In this document: positions 9,030-17,779 of the stretch, piece after piece
Layout: every line of letters starts with the position of its first letter
Numbering within the stretch: position 1 is the stretch's first letter
From: Chloroflexota bacterium
Lineage (GTDB): Bacteria > Chloroflexota > UBA6077 > FW602-bin22 > JAMCWG01
Direction of reading: 5' to 3'
Length of the DNA stretch: 64,000 nt
Assembly (NCBI GenBank): GCA_023475235.1
Contig: JAMCWG010000116.1
Coordinates: forward strand, 23,876-87,875
The notes under the pieces: generated by a model
Told to the model about the DNA's origin: nothing
Databases searched by the model: none
The model's input: only the letters and a program-made list of their open reading frames with translations
Made by a program: the position numbers and the translations under genes

Positions 9030-10102
9030 CTGACGTTCAGACCTGAGATGGGACAGGGGGCAAGACGATCTGCTTGAAATACTGCCACGCCTTGAGCACG
9101 ACCTGCCTTATGGCCTTATGCGCCAACTTCAGCTTGTGCTTCAGGAGCACGAAAAGACCAGAATAGCGGGCCCAATTTTTTTCCCCCGCCGTAAGCCGCA
9201 TCCCGCAGTTGCTCACCCACCAATACCCCGATGGCGTAGGCTATGAGCAGCAGCGCTACCATCTTCTCCATATTCTCTCGGCTCTTGTTCATCACCTTGT
9301 CCAGTCCCAGTAGGTCCTTCGTATCCTTGAAGCTTTCCTCGATCTTCATTCGAGCTCGGTAAGTCTCCAGCGCCGCTTCACATTCCAGGCTGGTGATTAA
9401 CCACAAAGGCTCGCTCAAGCCCGGCTTCCAGTATCCCACCAGGTTTACCTTTACTTTGCCTCGGTAGTACACACCTTTGTGATACACGGTCTGGCCCGGC
9501 GATATGGTAAGGCTTATCGGCTTCTTTTCCTCATCCAGAATGCTCACCCCGTTGCTGGTATTCAACCGGATGACGAAGTTGATGCTCTCAACCACCAGGT
9601 CCTCCAACAATCCCTCGTAGCTGAACTCTCGGTCCAGCACCAGTGGCTTGTCCCCGATCATCTCCCGCAGCTTGGCAAATGCACGATTGTGCTCCTGATT
9701 GCGGCTAGTTGCCTCTTTGGCAATAGTCCGAGAGGAGTAGCTAATGAAATGAAACGGAACCACCCTACCTCGATAAGGAGTGCCCAACAGCAGGAGCCAG
9801 AAGCCCCGCGTCTTGCCGTCTTTCAGCCTGCCCACATAGGCCGTCCTCTTGGCTTGGGGACGGGCGATCTCGGTAGGATCAGCCAGAATGTAGGGCGCTT
9901 GCTCCCAGTAGAGGCGCAGGAGGGCCAAGAATGCCTTTCATTATCGCCGAGCCCTTGCGCACCTCATCGGAACGACCAAAGAGCTGATCAGCGAACTTCT
10001 CAATATCCGAGAGCCTGAGATCTTTTGCCACGGTATACCCCTTCCTAGGATTATCTATCCAGGATACACCAACTTCCGTCTCAACTCACGTCTGAACGTC
10101 AG
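9030..10102 (-). mobile_element. IS4-like insertion sequence (defective), 25-bp imperfect TIRs, 6-bp target duplication CAGGTG
   Basis: Left end CTGACGTTCAGACCTGAGATGGGAC versus reverse complement of the right end CTGACGTTCAGACGTGAGTTGAGAC. CAGGTG flanks both sides (9024-9029 and 10103-10108). Confidence 0.9.
9036..10031 (-). pseudogene. DDE transposase pseudogene (IS4-like)
   Basis: Catalytic-type segments LADPTE, LDREF and YRARMKIEESFKD (YREK-like). The N-terminus (GTG at 10031, MAKDLRLSDIEKFADQLF) is out of frame with the core, and the C-terminus (WARYSGLFVLLKHK...PVPSQV) is in another frame after a G5A7 run. Confidence 0.85.
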
Positions 10103-10115
10103 CAGGTGGTGACGG

Positions 10116-10472
10116 TTGCGGTTGCAGACCGTGTGTCCGAGTTGGAAGAGACGTGTTGTTGAAAGTATTTGCAGGCGACTTGAAAAAGCCCAGCGAGTTT
10201 CCGAGCACCACGAGGAGTTTGAGGCTGCCGTGTGCGAGGCTTTCTCCTTCCTCGGCGTTGACGCTGAGCACATCGGTGGCGCCGGCGATACCGATGTGCT
10301 GTTGAAGACGCAAGATGCACTCGTCTTCCTTGGAAGCCGAGCTGTGGGCATCCTCCAGGAAGTGCCCGGAAGCGGCGAGGCCTGCTGTCTCGCTATGAGC
10401 CCCGAAACCGCCAGACGTCGCCTCTCGGCCCTGGCCGAAGCGTTTGGCAGTACTACCGAATTCGTCGAATAA
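10116..10472 (+). pseudogene. Fragment resembling a PD-(D/E)xK restriction-endonuclease-like domain
   Basis: EEFEAAVCEAFSFLGVDAEHIGGAGDTDVLL resembles Mrr-like nuclease cores; no following (D/E)xK and no clear RBS; adjacent to the IS. Confidence 0.4.
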
Positions 10473-10540
10473 CTCCTATAATGCTAATACCGTAACCCCA
10501 CGCGCGGCAACGGCCGCCGCATCTCAATTCACAGGAGAGG

Positions 10541-11230
10541 ATGAAGATGGACCTGGACAAGATCCGTAACCTCGTCGAATTTGACACCCCGACCGTATCC
10601 AACGGCATCGGCCTCCTCAACTTCCGCGATCCCACCGTGGGCTACACCGGACCCGACGTCCGCTGCCTGATGCCGGACATGGGCGTCCGCGTCGGCGTAG
10701 CGGTCACCTGCCGAATGGACACTACTACGGCAGGCACCGAGACGGTGGGCAGCCTGTTCAACGACTGGCTGCGCCTCATCTACGAGGCGTCGAAGGGCGA
10801 AGACGGCAAGCCGATGCCCGTATTCGCCGTGATGGAAGCAGTTGGCCCGCGGCCACGCCACGTCGTCACCATCGGCGACGGCATGGGCACGCGGATGCGA
10901 ATTGCCGGCGCCGCCGCCTTTATCAGCAACGGCAGCGTTCGCGATATCGAGGGCCTGCGCGGCGTCCCTATGCCGTGCTGGGCCGCCGGGCTCACCCCGA
11001 TGCACGGCCGGCTGCGCTGGCTGGATGTGGGCAGCCCAGTGGTCATCGACGGCATGACGGTGCGGACCGGCGACTACATCCACGCCGACATCAACGGCTC
11101 GGTCCTCATACCCAAGGAGATCGCCGACCAGGCGTACGACAAGGCGATGGAGGTGCGGAACAACGAGGCCGCGGGCTTCGCCAGGATGCACAGCATGACC
11201 ATCGAGCAGTACTTCGCGTCGCTGAAGTAG
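10541..11230 (+). CDS. RraA/HMG-aldolase family protein
   Basis: DTPTVSN, IGDGM, GSVRD and GDYIHADINGSV motifs; AGGAG RBS. Confidence 0.9.
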   Translation: MKMDLDKIRNLVEFDTPTVSNGIGLLNFRDPTVGYTGPDVRCLMPDMGVRVGVAVTCRMDTTTAGTETVGSLFNDWLRLIYEASKGEDGKPMPVFAVMEAVGPRPRHVVTIGDGMGTRMRIAGAAAFISNGSVRDIEGLRGVPMPCWAAGLTPMHGRLRWLDVGSPVVIDGMTVRTGDYIHADINGSVLIPKEIADQAYDKAMEVRNNEAAGFARMHSMTIEQYFASLK

Positions 11231-11239
11231 GCATTCAGG

Positions 11240-11277
11240 GAATCCCTGCGCAGATCCTGGAACCTGCGCAGGGATTC
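11240..11277 (+). terminator. Stem-loop after the RraA-family gene
   Basis: GAATCCCTGCGCAG ... CTGCGCAGGGATTC, 14-bp perfect stem. Confidence 0.6.
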
Positions 11278-11321
11278 TCCAGACGACGGCCCTACAGCTT
11301 GATGTGGGGGATCAATCGGCG

Positions 11322-12497
11322 ATGGCCGCGGAACATAGGTCAATCATCCACGTCGACCTCGACGCCTTCTTTTGCTCGGTCGAGGAGCTGCTCGACCCGA
11401 GCATTCGCGGCCGGCCCATCATCGTGGGGGCTGACCCGCGCGGCCGCGGCGTGGTTGCGGCTGCCTCCTACGCCGCGCGGCGCTACGGCGTGCACTCGGC
11501 GATGCCCATTGGCCACGCGGCGCGCCTCTGTCCCCACGCCGTCTTCCTGCGCCCCCGCCACGATATTTACGGACAGTATTCCCGCAGAGTGATGGCCCTG
11601 CTGGGCGAGTACACTCCCCTGCTGGAGCAGATCTCTGTCGACGAAGCGTTCCTGGATGTCACGGGCAGCCGCGAGCTCTTCGGCCCCGCCGAGGACATCG
11701 GCCGCGCTATCCAGCGACGAGTGCAGGACGAGATAGGGTTGCCCTGCACGGTGGGCATCGCCACCAACAAGCTGGTGGCCAAGGTGGCCTCCGACTCCGG
11801 CAAGCCCCACGGCTTGGTGGTCGTGGGGCCCGGACGGGAGGCGACGTTCCTCGCCCCTCTGGGAGTTGAGAAGCTATGGGGAGTGGGGCCCGTGACGGCC
11901 CAGCGGCTGCGCGCGCAGGGCGTGCGCACCATCGCGGACCTGGCAGCCATACCGGCAGAGAGGTTGCGTGCCCAGTTCGGCAAAATGGGCGGGTACCTGC
12001 ACCTCCGGGCCAACGGCGTCGACGAGGGGCCGGTCGAGCCCGCCCGGCAGCGCAAGTCGATATCCCAGGACCACACCTTCGAGCGGGACACTGGCGATTC
12101 GGAGCGCGTCGAGGCCAAGCTGCTGGAGCTGAGCGAGGGGGTGGCGGCACTGCTGCGGCGCAATGAATGGCGCGCCCGCACCGTCACTCTGCGCCTGCGA
12201 TACACCGACTTCACCACCATTACCCGCAGCCAGACGCTGGCCCAGCCCACGGCCCTGGCCGAAGCCATCTACGGCACGGGGGTGCAGCTCCTGCGCCGCC
12301 AGTGGCGCGGCCAGCCGCCCCTCCGGCTGATCGGGATCGGCGCCAGCAATCTGGTGCCCGATGCCGAGGTGCAGCCCACCCTCTTCGACCTGGCCGATGA
12401 GAAGCGGGAGGGGCTGGCCCGGACCGTGGACCAGCTTCGGGAGCGCTTCGGCGACGCGGCCCTGCGCCGTGCCAGGACGATAAAGCGGGAGGAGTAG
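11322..12497 (+). CDS. dinB: DNA polymerase IV
   Basis: IIHVDLDAFFCSVE, ASYAARRYGVHSAM, SVDEAFLD, NKLVAKVASD and KPHG motifs; C-terminal QPTLF clamp-binding-like motif. Confidence 0.97.
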   Translation: MAAEHRSIIHVDLDAFFCSVEELLDPSIRGRPIIVGADPRGRGVVAAASYAARRYGVHSAMPIGHAARLCPHAVFLRPRHDIYGQYSRRVMALLGEYTPLLEQISVDEAFLDVTGSRELFGPAEDIGRAIQRRVQDEIGLPCTVGIATNKLVAKVASDSGKPHGLVVVGPGREATFLAPLGVEKLWGVGPVTAQRLRAQGVRTIADLAAIPAERLRAQFGKMGGYLHLRANGVDEGPVEPARQRKSISQDHTFERDTGDSERVEAKLLELSEGVAALLRRNEWRARTVTLRLRYTDFTTITRSQTLAQPTALAEAIYGTGVQLLRRQWRGQPPLRLIGIGASNLVPDAEVQPTLFDLADEKREGLARTVDQLRERFGDAALRRARTIKREE

Positions 12498-12592
12498 GAC
12501 CAGGCGTGCTCAGTCTCCAATGGCCTTCAGGCCCAGTGCCTGCATCTGTTGATGCTGGCAGCAATTTGCGGCCAGGTCCGTGGGCCGCAGGG

Positions 12593-12618
12593 GTAGGGGC
12601 CGACCCGCGTGTCGGCCC
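12593..12618. repeat. GTAG-type REP-like palindrome
   Basis: GTAGGGGCCGACCCGCGTGTCGGCCC between convergent genes. Confidence 0.65.
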
Positions 12619-12627
12619 GAACGATGG

Positions 12628-13563
12628 CTACAGTCCCAGCACCCTCTTCGCGTTGCCGGACAGTATGGCGTCGATTTCCCACTCGCTGAACTTCACGCCG
12701 GGCGGCGCCGCGAAGGGTAGCTCCTGAATGGCCTTGATGAAGGTCGTGTTCAGCACCAGCGCCTCGAACTCGGGCGCGTCGGAGCCGAAGATCACCGCCT
12801 CGATGCCGCACCAATCGATGACCTCGCGCAGGAGGATGCAGAAGCGCGCGTAGTCGCGGGCGGCGAAGAACTGCCACATCGCCAGATCGCCGAACAGGTT
12901 GTGGCGGAACTGGGCCAGCCCGGCCCAATCGGCCCACCAGTTGCGGCCCATATGGGCAGCCACCACCTTCAGCTCCGGGAAGTCCAGGCAGACATCGTCC
13001 AGCAGGTTGGGGTGGACGAACTTGGACTGCCGCGGCGGAGGCAGGGGCCCGGTGTGAGTGAGCAGCGGTATCTTCAGCTCCTGGGCCGCACTCAGCATAG
13101 CGTAAGCCTCCGGGCTGTTGGGATAGAAGCCATGGTCGGGATGCCACTTCAGGCCGCGCATTCCATATTCTTCGATGCAGCGGCGCAGAAGGCCTGGCGC
13201 GTCCTTGCGGCGGGGGTCCACCCCGGCGAAGGCAATGAGGCGGTCGGGATGCTGCCCGACCCAGTCGGCGCAGGTCTTGTTGGCGGCCAGCACGGCCGCT
13301 TCGTCGGGGAACTCCGCCCAGCGGTCCATCGCCACGACCACCGTGATGTCGATGTTGGCCTCGTCCATCCGGCTGAGCAGCCTGCTGCCATCGGGATCGG
13401 GAGCATTTAGCACGCGGAGCCGCTCCATAATCTCCTGCGCCGTCAGAGGCAGGCCGTTGCGACCGCCGGCCCCGTAGTTGCTGGCCATCGTCCGTGCCCG
13501 CTCGGCGAGATCGCCCTCGGTCATCGGCTTGTGGGGAAAGTGGTAGTGAAAGTCGATTATCAC
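12628..13563 (-). CDS. Amidohydrolase family (Amidohydro_2) metal-dependent hydrolase
   Basis: DFHYH, LKWHP, THTG, AHMG and FGSD metal-ligand motifs; GTG start with GGAGG RBS. Confidence 0.9.
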   Translation of the reverse strand: MIIDFHYHFPHKPMTEGDLAERARTMASNYGAGGRNGLPLTAQEIMERLRVLNAPDPDGSRLLSRMDEANIDITVVVAMDRWAEFPDEAAVLAANKTCADWVGQHPDRLIAFAGVDPRRKDAPGLLRRCIEEYGMRGLKWHPDHGFYPNSPEAYAMLSAAQELKIPLLTHTGPLPPPRQSKFVHPNLLDDVCLDFPELKVVAAHMGRNWWADWAGLAQFRHNLFGDLAMWQFFAARDYARFCILLREVIDWCGIEAVIFGSDAPEFEALVLNTTFIKAIQELPFAAPPGVKFSEWEIDAILSGNAKRVLGL

Positions 13564-13676
13564 CGGCGCTCCTCCCTGCAATCACAAGAACAAATTGTCA
13601 TAGTAAAATGCTACGCCAGGCGACGCGGCCTGTCAACGATTACCGGTGGTCAGCCGGATCGACTCCTCACTCCCGC

Positions 13677-13775
13677 GTAGAGGTGAAGCATTTGCCTTCG
13701 TAGTGACGACTTCAGTCGTGACTGTCGTAGCGACTAAAGTCGCCACTACCGATGGTGGCAAATGCTCCGCCCCTC
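13677..13775. repeat. Nested REP doublet (outer GTAGAGGTGAAGCATTTGCC pair enclosing an inner GTAGTGACGACTTCAGTCG pair)
   Basis: Outer arms 13677-13696 and 13757-13775; inner arms 13700-13718 and 13731-13749. Confidence 0.8.
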
Positions 13776-13826
13776 GTATTGGTTTCTCGATGGGTGAAGG
13801 CCGTGCGCCAATAGCGCCGCCTTGGA

Positions 13827-14921
13827 TTACACCACGTACTTCTTGACGGTATCCGGGTTCAGCTCAAGGCCTAGCCCCGGCCGGTCCTTGAACGGCGACC
13901 ACATACCATTCTTCTGCTGGGGAAAGTCTACGAACAGGAGCTTGTCGTCGTCCTCCACCACGCGAAGGTACTCGACGACCTTCAGGTTTGGCGTGGCGCA
14001 GGCCAGGTGGAGATGCACCGTCTGCACGGCGTGGGGCGCGACGGGCAGGTTGAATGCCTGGGCCAGGTGGGCCACCTTCATCCACTCGGTGATGCCTCCC
14101 ACCCTGCCCACATCCGGCTGCACGATGTCCGCGCCGCCCCGGGTAATCAGGTCCTTGAAGCCGTACTTGGTGTACTCGTGCTCGCCCGTCGCCACCGGTA
14201 TGTCGATTGCCGCCGCCACCGCGGCCAGCCCGTCGATATCGTCGGCCAGCACCGGCTCCTCGAACCAGCCCACATTGTACTGGGCGAACTCACGGGCCAT
14301 GTAGATGGCCTGCTTGGCGTAGTAGCCGTTGTTGGCGTCGATGTAGATCTCCACATCGTCCCCCAGGGCCTTACGCACGGCCGCCAATCGGTGGACGTCC
14401 TCCCGCTCGGCCTGGCCGAAGTCCTTGCCCACCTTCATCTTCACCCGCGGGATGCCCTGCTCTACATAGCCCATCTGCTCCCTTATTAGCTCTTCCTCGG
14501 TGAAATCGGTCCATCCCCCACTGCCGTAGATGGGCACGCTGTCGGTGTAAGGCCCCAACAACTGGTAGAGGGGCACCTTGTGGTACTTGGCCCGGAGGTC
14601 CCAGAGGGCGATGTCCACGGCGGAGATGGCGCAGAAGGCGATGCCCTTGCGGCCGACCCCGCGCACGGTCCAGAACATCTCCCACCAGCGCTTCTCGATG
14701 AAGAGGGGGTCCTTGTCCAGCAGGACGTCCTTGAGGGTGGTCTCGATGACGGCCTGGATGCCGCGATTGCCGGCGGCCCAGCCCAGCCCCTCGATGCCCT
14801 CGTCGGTCAGGATGTGCACGAAGCAAATGCTGCGCCTGGTGCCGGCCTTGAGAATTGTAGCGTCCATGATCCCTTTACGGGGCAGCTCGATGAAGGTGGT
14901 GCGAACGTCGGTGATCTTCAC
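13827..14921 (-). CDS. Mandelate racemase/muconate lactonizing enzyme family (enolase superfamily)
   Basis: KMK, IDAN, FEEP, ATGEH, QPD and APH catalytic motifs; GTG start with AAGGAG RBS. Confidence 0.92.
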   Translation of the reverse strand: MKITDVRTTFIELPRKGIMDATILKAGTRRSICFVHILTDEGIEGLGWAAGNRGIQAVIETTLKDVLLDKDPLFIEKRWWEMFWTVRGVGRKGIAFCAISAVDIALWDLRAKYHKVPLYQLLGPYTDSVPIYGSGGWTDFTEEELIREQMGYVEQGIPRVKMKVGKDFGQAEREDVHRLAAVRKALGDDVEIYIDANNGYYAKQAIYMAREFAQYNVGWFEEPVLADDIDGLAAVAAAIDIPVATGEHEYTKYGFKDLITRGGADIVQPDVGRVGGITEWMKVAHLAQAFNLPVAPHAVQTVHLHLACATPNLKVVEYLRVVEDDDKLLFVDFPQQKNGMWSPFKDRPGLGLELNPDTVKKYVV

Positions 14922-15373
14922 AGCAAGCTCCTTTTCGCCTTGCGTTTTTCTTCGCTGGGGCTCTGGGAAAAAGGGAGATGGCGGGTCGCGCTGGCGTCCT
15001 GTGATGACCATAGCATATGCTTCGACGCTTATGCAAGTATTCTGGCCTGCGGCAATTCGCCGAAGGGCGACGTATTGCATGCCACCGTTCCAGCAATTAG
15101 AATAGCTCGAAATGGACCTGGCTGAGGCGGCGAGGGGCCGTGAGAGCACGATTTCGCGCACTATTGTGCTTGAGCGTCCCTGATATCGCTGTGTATGCTG
15201 CCCACTCAGCCGGGAGTGGAGGCCGCACGACCGCCGCTGGGCGGGGAAAGGGTCTGCTCTTAAAATAGCGAAGCATTTTCATCCGCGGTGGTGTCCCAAA
15301 GGAACATGGGAACTTTTCATTGTCGCCAAGCGGTAGCCTTGTGACATATGGTATGCCTCGCCCGCGGCGATGA

Positions 15374-15430
15374 ACCTCACCTCCGGCCTCCGGCCACCCC
15401 TCGCCACGGCGAGGGGCCAGGGGGTGAGGT
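15374..15430. repeat. CCTCACC/GGTGAGG-type palindromic repeat
   Basis: ACCTCACCTCC...CCCCTCGCCACGGCGAGGGG...GGGGGTGAGGT; shares its core with 58901-59116. Confidence 0.6.
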
Positions 15431-15512
15431 AAACCACATGGGCAGCCGAATCGCCGGACAATGAAAAGACCCCGGGGCGTGGAGTAGGCGTCTTGACGAC
15501 GAGGAGACCTGG

Positions 15513-17639
15513 ATGATCCACCGAAGTCCCTCATCTGCGGCCGCTGGCCTGGCCGTGTTGCTGATAGCGCTTTCCGTGTGGGGCGGGTCGCTCGGATACG
15601 CGTCGCCGCCAGCGCCGTCGACGCCTGAGCAGGCCTCTCCCTCGCCCGCCAGGACCGGGCACCCGAAGCTGGACTCGGCGCTCGCTGCCCTGGTCGATGC
15701 TTATCAACAGGGAGGAGCGGCACGGGCTCGCGCCCTGGCAGAGGCAAGCGGGCTTCGACTGCAGGATACCAGAGTGCGCGTCATCGTGGAGGCAGCAGAC
15801 CCGGCCGGGTCCGCCGAGCCGGCGACCAGGGCTGCGGGAGGCTCGGCGATCGTGAGCTACGGACGGCTGGCGCGTGCTGAGGTGCCCATATCCCAGTTGA
15901 CAGCGCTGGCCGAGCAGCCGAATGTGCGGAGAGTGCGACGTCCGCTCCGGCCCACGGCCGTGGCTACCGGCCAGGGAGTGGCCCTGAGCGGCGCCGACGT
16001 CTGGCAAGGGGCAGGCTACAACGGCGCGGGTGTAAAGGTAGCCATTGTGGACCTGGGCTTTCAGGGCTACACCTCTCTGCTGGGCACCGAGTTGCCGGCC
16101 ACCGTGAACACCGCCTGCACACAGCAGCCACTGGAGAATGGAGAAAGGCACGGCGCGGCGGTGGCCGAGATCGTCCACGATATGGCACCCGCGGCCTCAC
16201 TCTACCTGGTGAACATCAATGACGAAGTCGACCTGGGCAATGCCGTCGACTGCTTGATTGCCGATGGTGTTTCGGTGGCCAATCACTCGGTCGCCTGGGG
16301 GTACGAAGCGGCCGGCGACGGCACGGGCGTGGTGAACGGCATCGTCAACCGGGCGGTGAGTGGCGGCATCTTCTGGACCAACGCCGCCGGCAATTACCAG
16401 AAGAGTCACTGGGGAGGGACCTGGAGCGATCCCGACGGCAACGGCTGGCTGAACTTCGCCGCCGCCGACGAGATCAACACCATTTACGCCGGGGGAGACA
16501 CCTGCGTCTTCTTGCGCTGGAACGACCATTGGGGCACCTCCAGCAACGACTATGACTTGTATTTGTTCCCGTCTGGCCTCGCCCCGGCATACGATAGTTA
16601 CGGCAATGTCATCAACGCTACGGCGATGAGCACTGACTATCAGAATGGGACGGGCGACCCGCTGGAATGGTTATGCGCGAATGTCTCGGGCGGATACTAT
16701 GACATACGCGTCAAACGGGCCAATGCCAATGGAGCTTCAACCTTTGATCTGTTAACTTACGGGAATACACTGAAGTACCAGACGGCCGCCGGTAGCCTGC
16801 CCAATCCGGCCGACAATGCCTCGCCGGGGATGGCCAGCGTTGGAGCGGTGCCGTGGAGCAGCCCCACCAGCTTGGAGTCGTTTTCCTCGGAGGGTCCCAC
16901 GACGGACGGGCGCATCAAGCCCGACCTGGCCGGGCCCGACGGCGTGAGCAGCATAGCATATTCCGGCAGCTTTTACGGCACCAGCGCCTCGTCTCCGCAC
17001 GTGGCCGGCGCGGCCGCGCTGGTGAAGCAGGCATTCCCGGCCTACACTCCCGCCAATATCCGCGCATACCTGGAGAGCACGGCCACGGACCTCGGGACGC
17101 CCGGCAAGGACGACCTATTCGGTGCCGGTCGCCTGCTGGTGCCGGCCCCGATTACGGGCACCGTTGCCATCGGCGGCCACGTCGGACTGCAGGGCCGGCC
17201 TGCGCCGCCCAGCAGCCAATGGGTGATCACGGCCACCCTCGGCATATATCCCCCGGGCGGCGCTGCGCCATCCAGCGTGTACACCCCTACCACCGATGCG
17301 TCGGGCAATTTCACTGTTACCACGGGCATCACCTACACAAATTCGGCGCCTGGGATGTACGATGTGCGGGTGAAGGGGATCAATACGCTGGCCCGCCGGC
17401 TGCTCAACCAGCCTATGACCAGTACCCACCGGCTCCTTGATTTCGGCACCCTCAAAGAGGGCGACGCCGACGGCGATAACTATGTCAATATCACGGACTT
17501 CTCGGTGCTCCGCAGCGGCTTTGGGCTGTGCCAGGGGAATGCCGGCTACGATCCCCGCACCGACTTCAATCAGGACGGATGCACCACGATCCTCGACTTC
17601 TCGCTGCTGCGCACGAACTTCGGGCAGGCGAGCGAGTAA
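15513..17639 (+). CDS. Secreted S8 (subtilisin-like) serine peptidase with C-terminal Ig-like and dockerin-like domains
   Basis: Signal peptide; catalytic triad VAIVD, HGAAVA, GTSASSPHVAG; two DxDxDxxV/DFNQDG EF-hand-like repeats at the C-terminus. Confidence 0.9.
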   Translation: MIHRSPSSAAAGLAVLLIALSVWGGSLGYASPPAPSTPEQASPSPARTGHPKLDSALAALVDAYQQGGAARARALAEASGLRLQDTRVRVIVEAADPAGSAEPATRAAGGSAIVSYGRLARAEVPISQLTALAEQPNVRRVRRPLRPTAVATGQGVALSGADVWQGAGYNGAGVKVAIVDLGFQGYTSLLGTELPATVNTACTQQPLENGERHGAAVAEIVHDMAPAASLYLVNINDEVDLGNAVDCLIADGVSVANHSVAWGYEAAGDGTGVVNGIVNRAVSGGIFWTNAAGNYQKSHWGGTWSDPDGNGWLNFAAADEINTIYAGGDTCVFLRWNDHWGTSSNDYDLYLFPSGLAPAYDSYGNVINATAMSTDYQNGTGDPLEWLCANVSGGYYDIRVKRANANGASTFDLLTYGNTLKYQTAAGSLPNPADNASPGMASVGAVPWSSPTSLESFSSEGPTTDGRIKPDLAGPDGVSSIAYSGSFYGTSASSPHVAGAAALVKQAFPAYTPANIRAYLESTATDLGTPGKDDLFGAGRLLVPAPITGTVAIGGHVGLQGRPAPPSSQWVITATLGIYPPGGAAPSSVYTPTTDASGNFTVTTGITYTNSAPGMYDVRVKGINTLARRLLNQPMTSTHRLLDFGTLKEGDADGDNYVNITDFSVLRSGFGLCQGNAGYDPRTDFNQDGCTTILDFSLLRTNFGQASE

Positions 17640-17779
17640 TGGCAGCGAGGCGCCGGCTTTCGACGGGCGCTCAGTGAGAAGTGGAGTGCTCCTCTTCCAT
17701 TCGTCACTTGAACCGAGATACTCCTCACGTTATACTCTAGCTGGCCTTGCGTCGTAGTCCACACTGCTGAGGTGCGACG

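Noticed and set aside
11330-11343. Possible LexA box near the dinB start (GAACATAGGTCA)
   Set aside because: The right half does not match GTTC and the site lies within the coding sequence.
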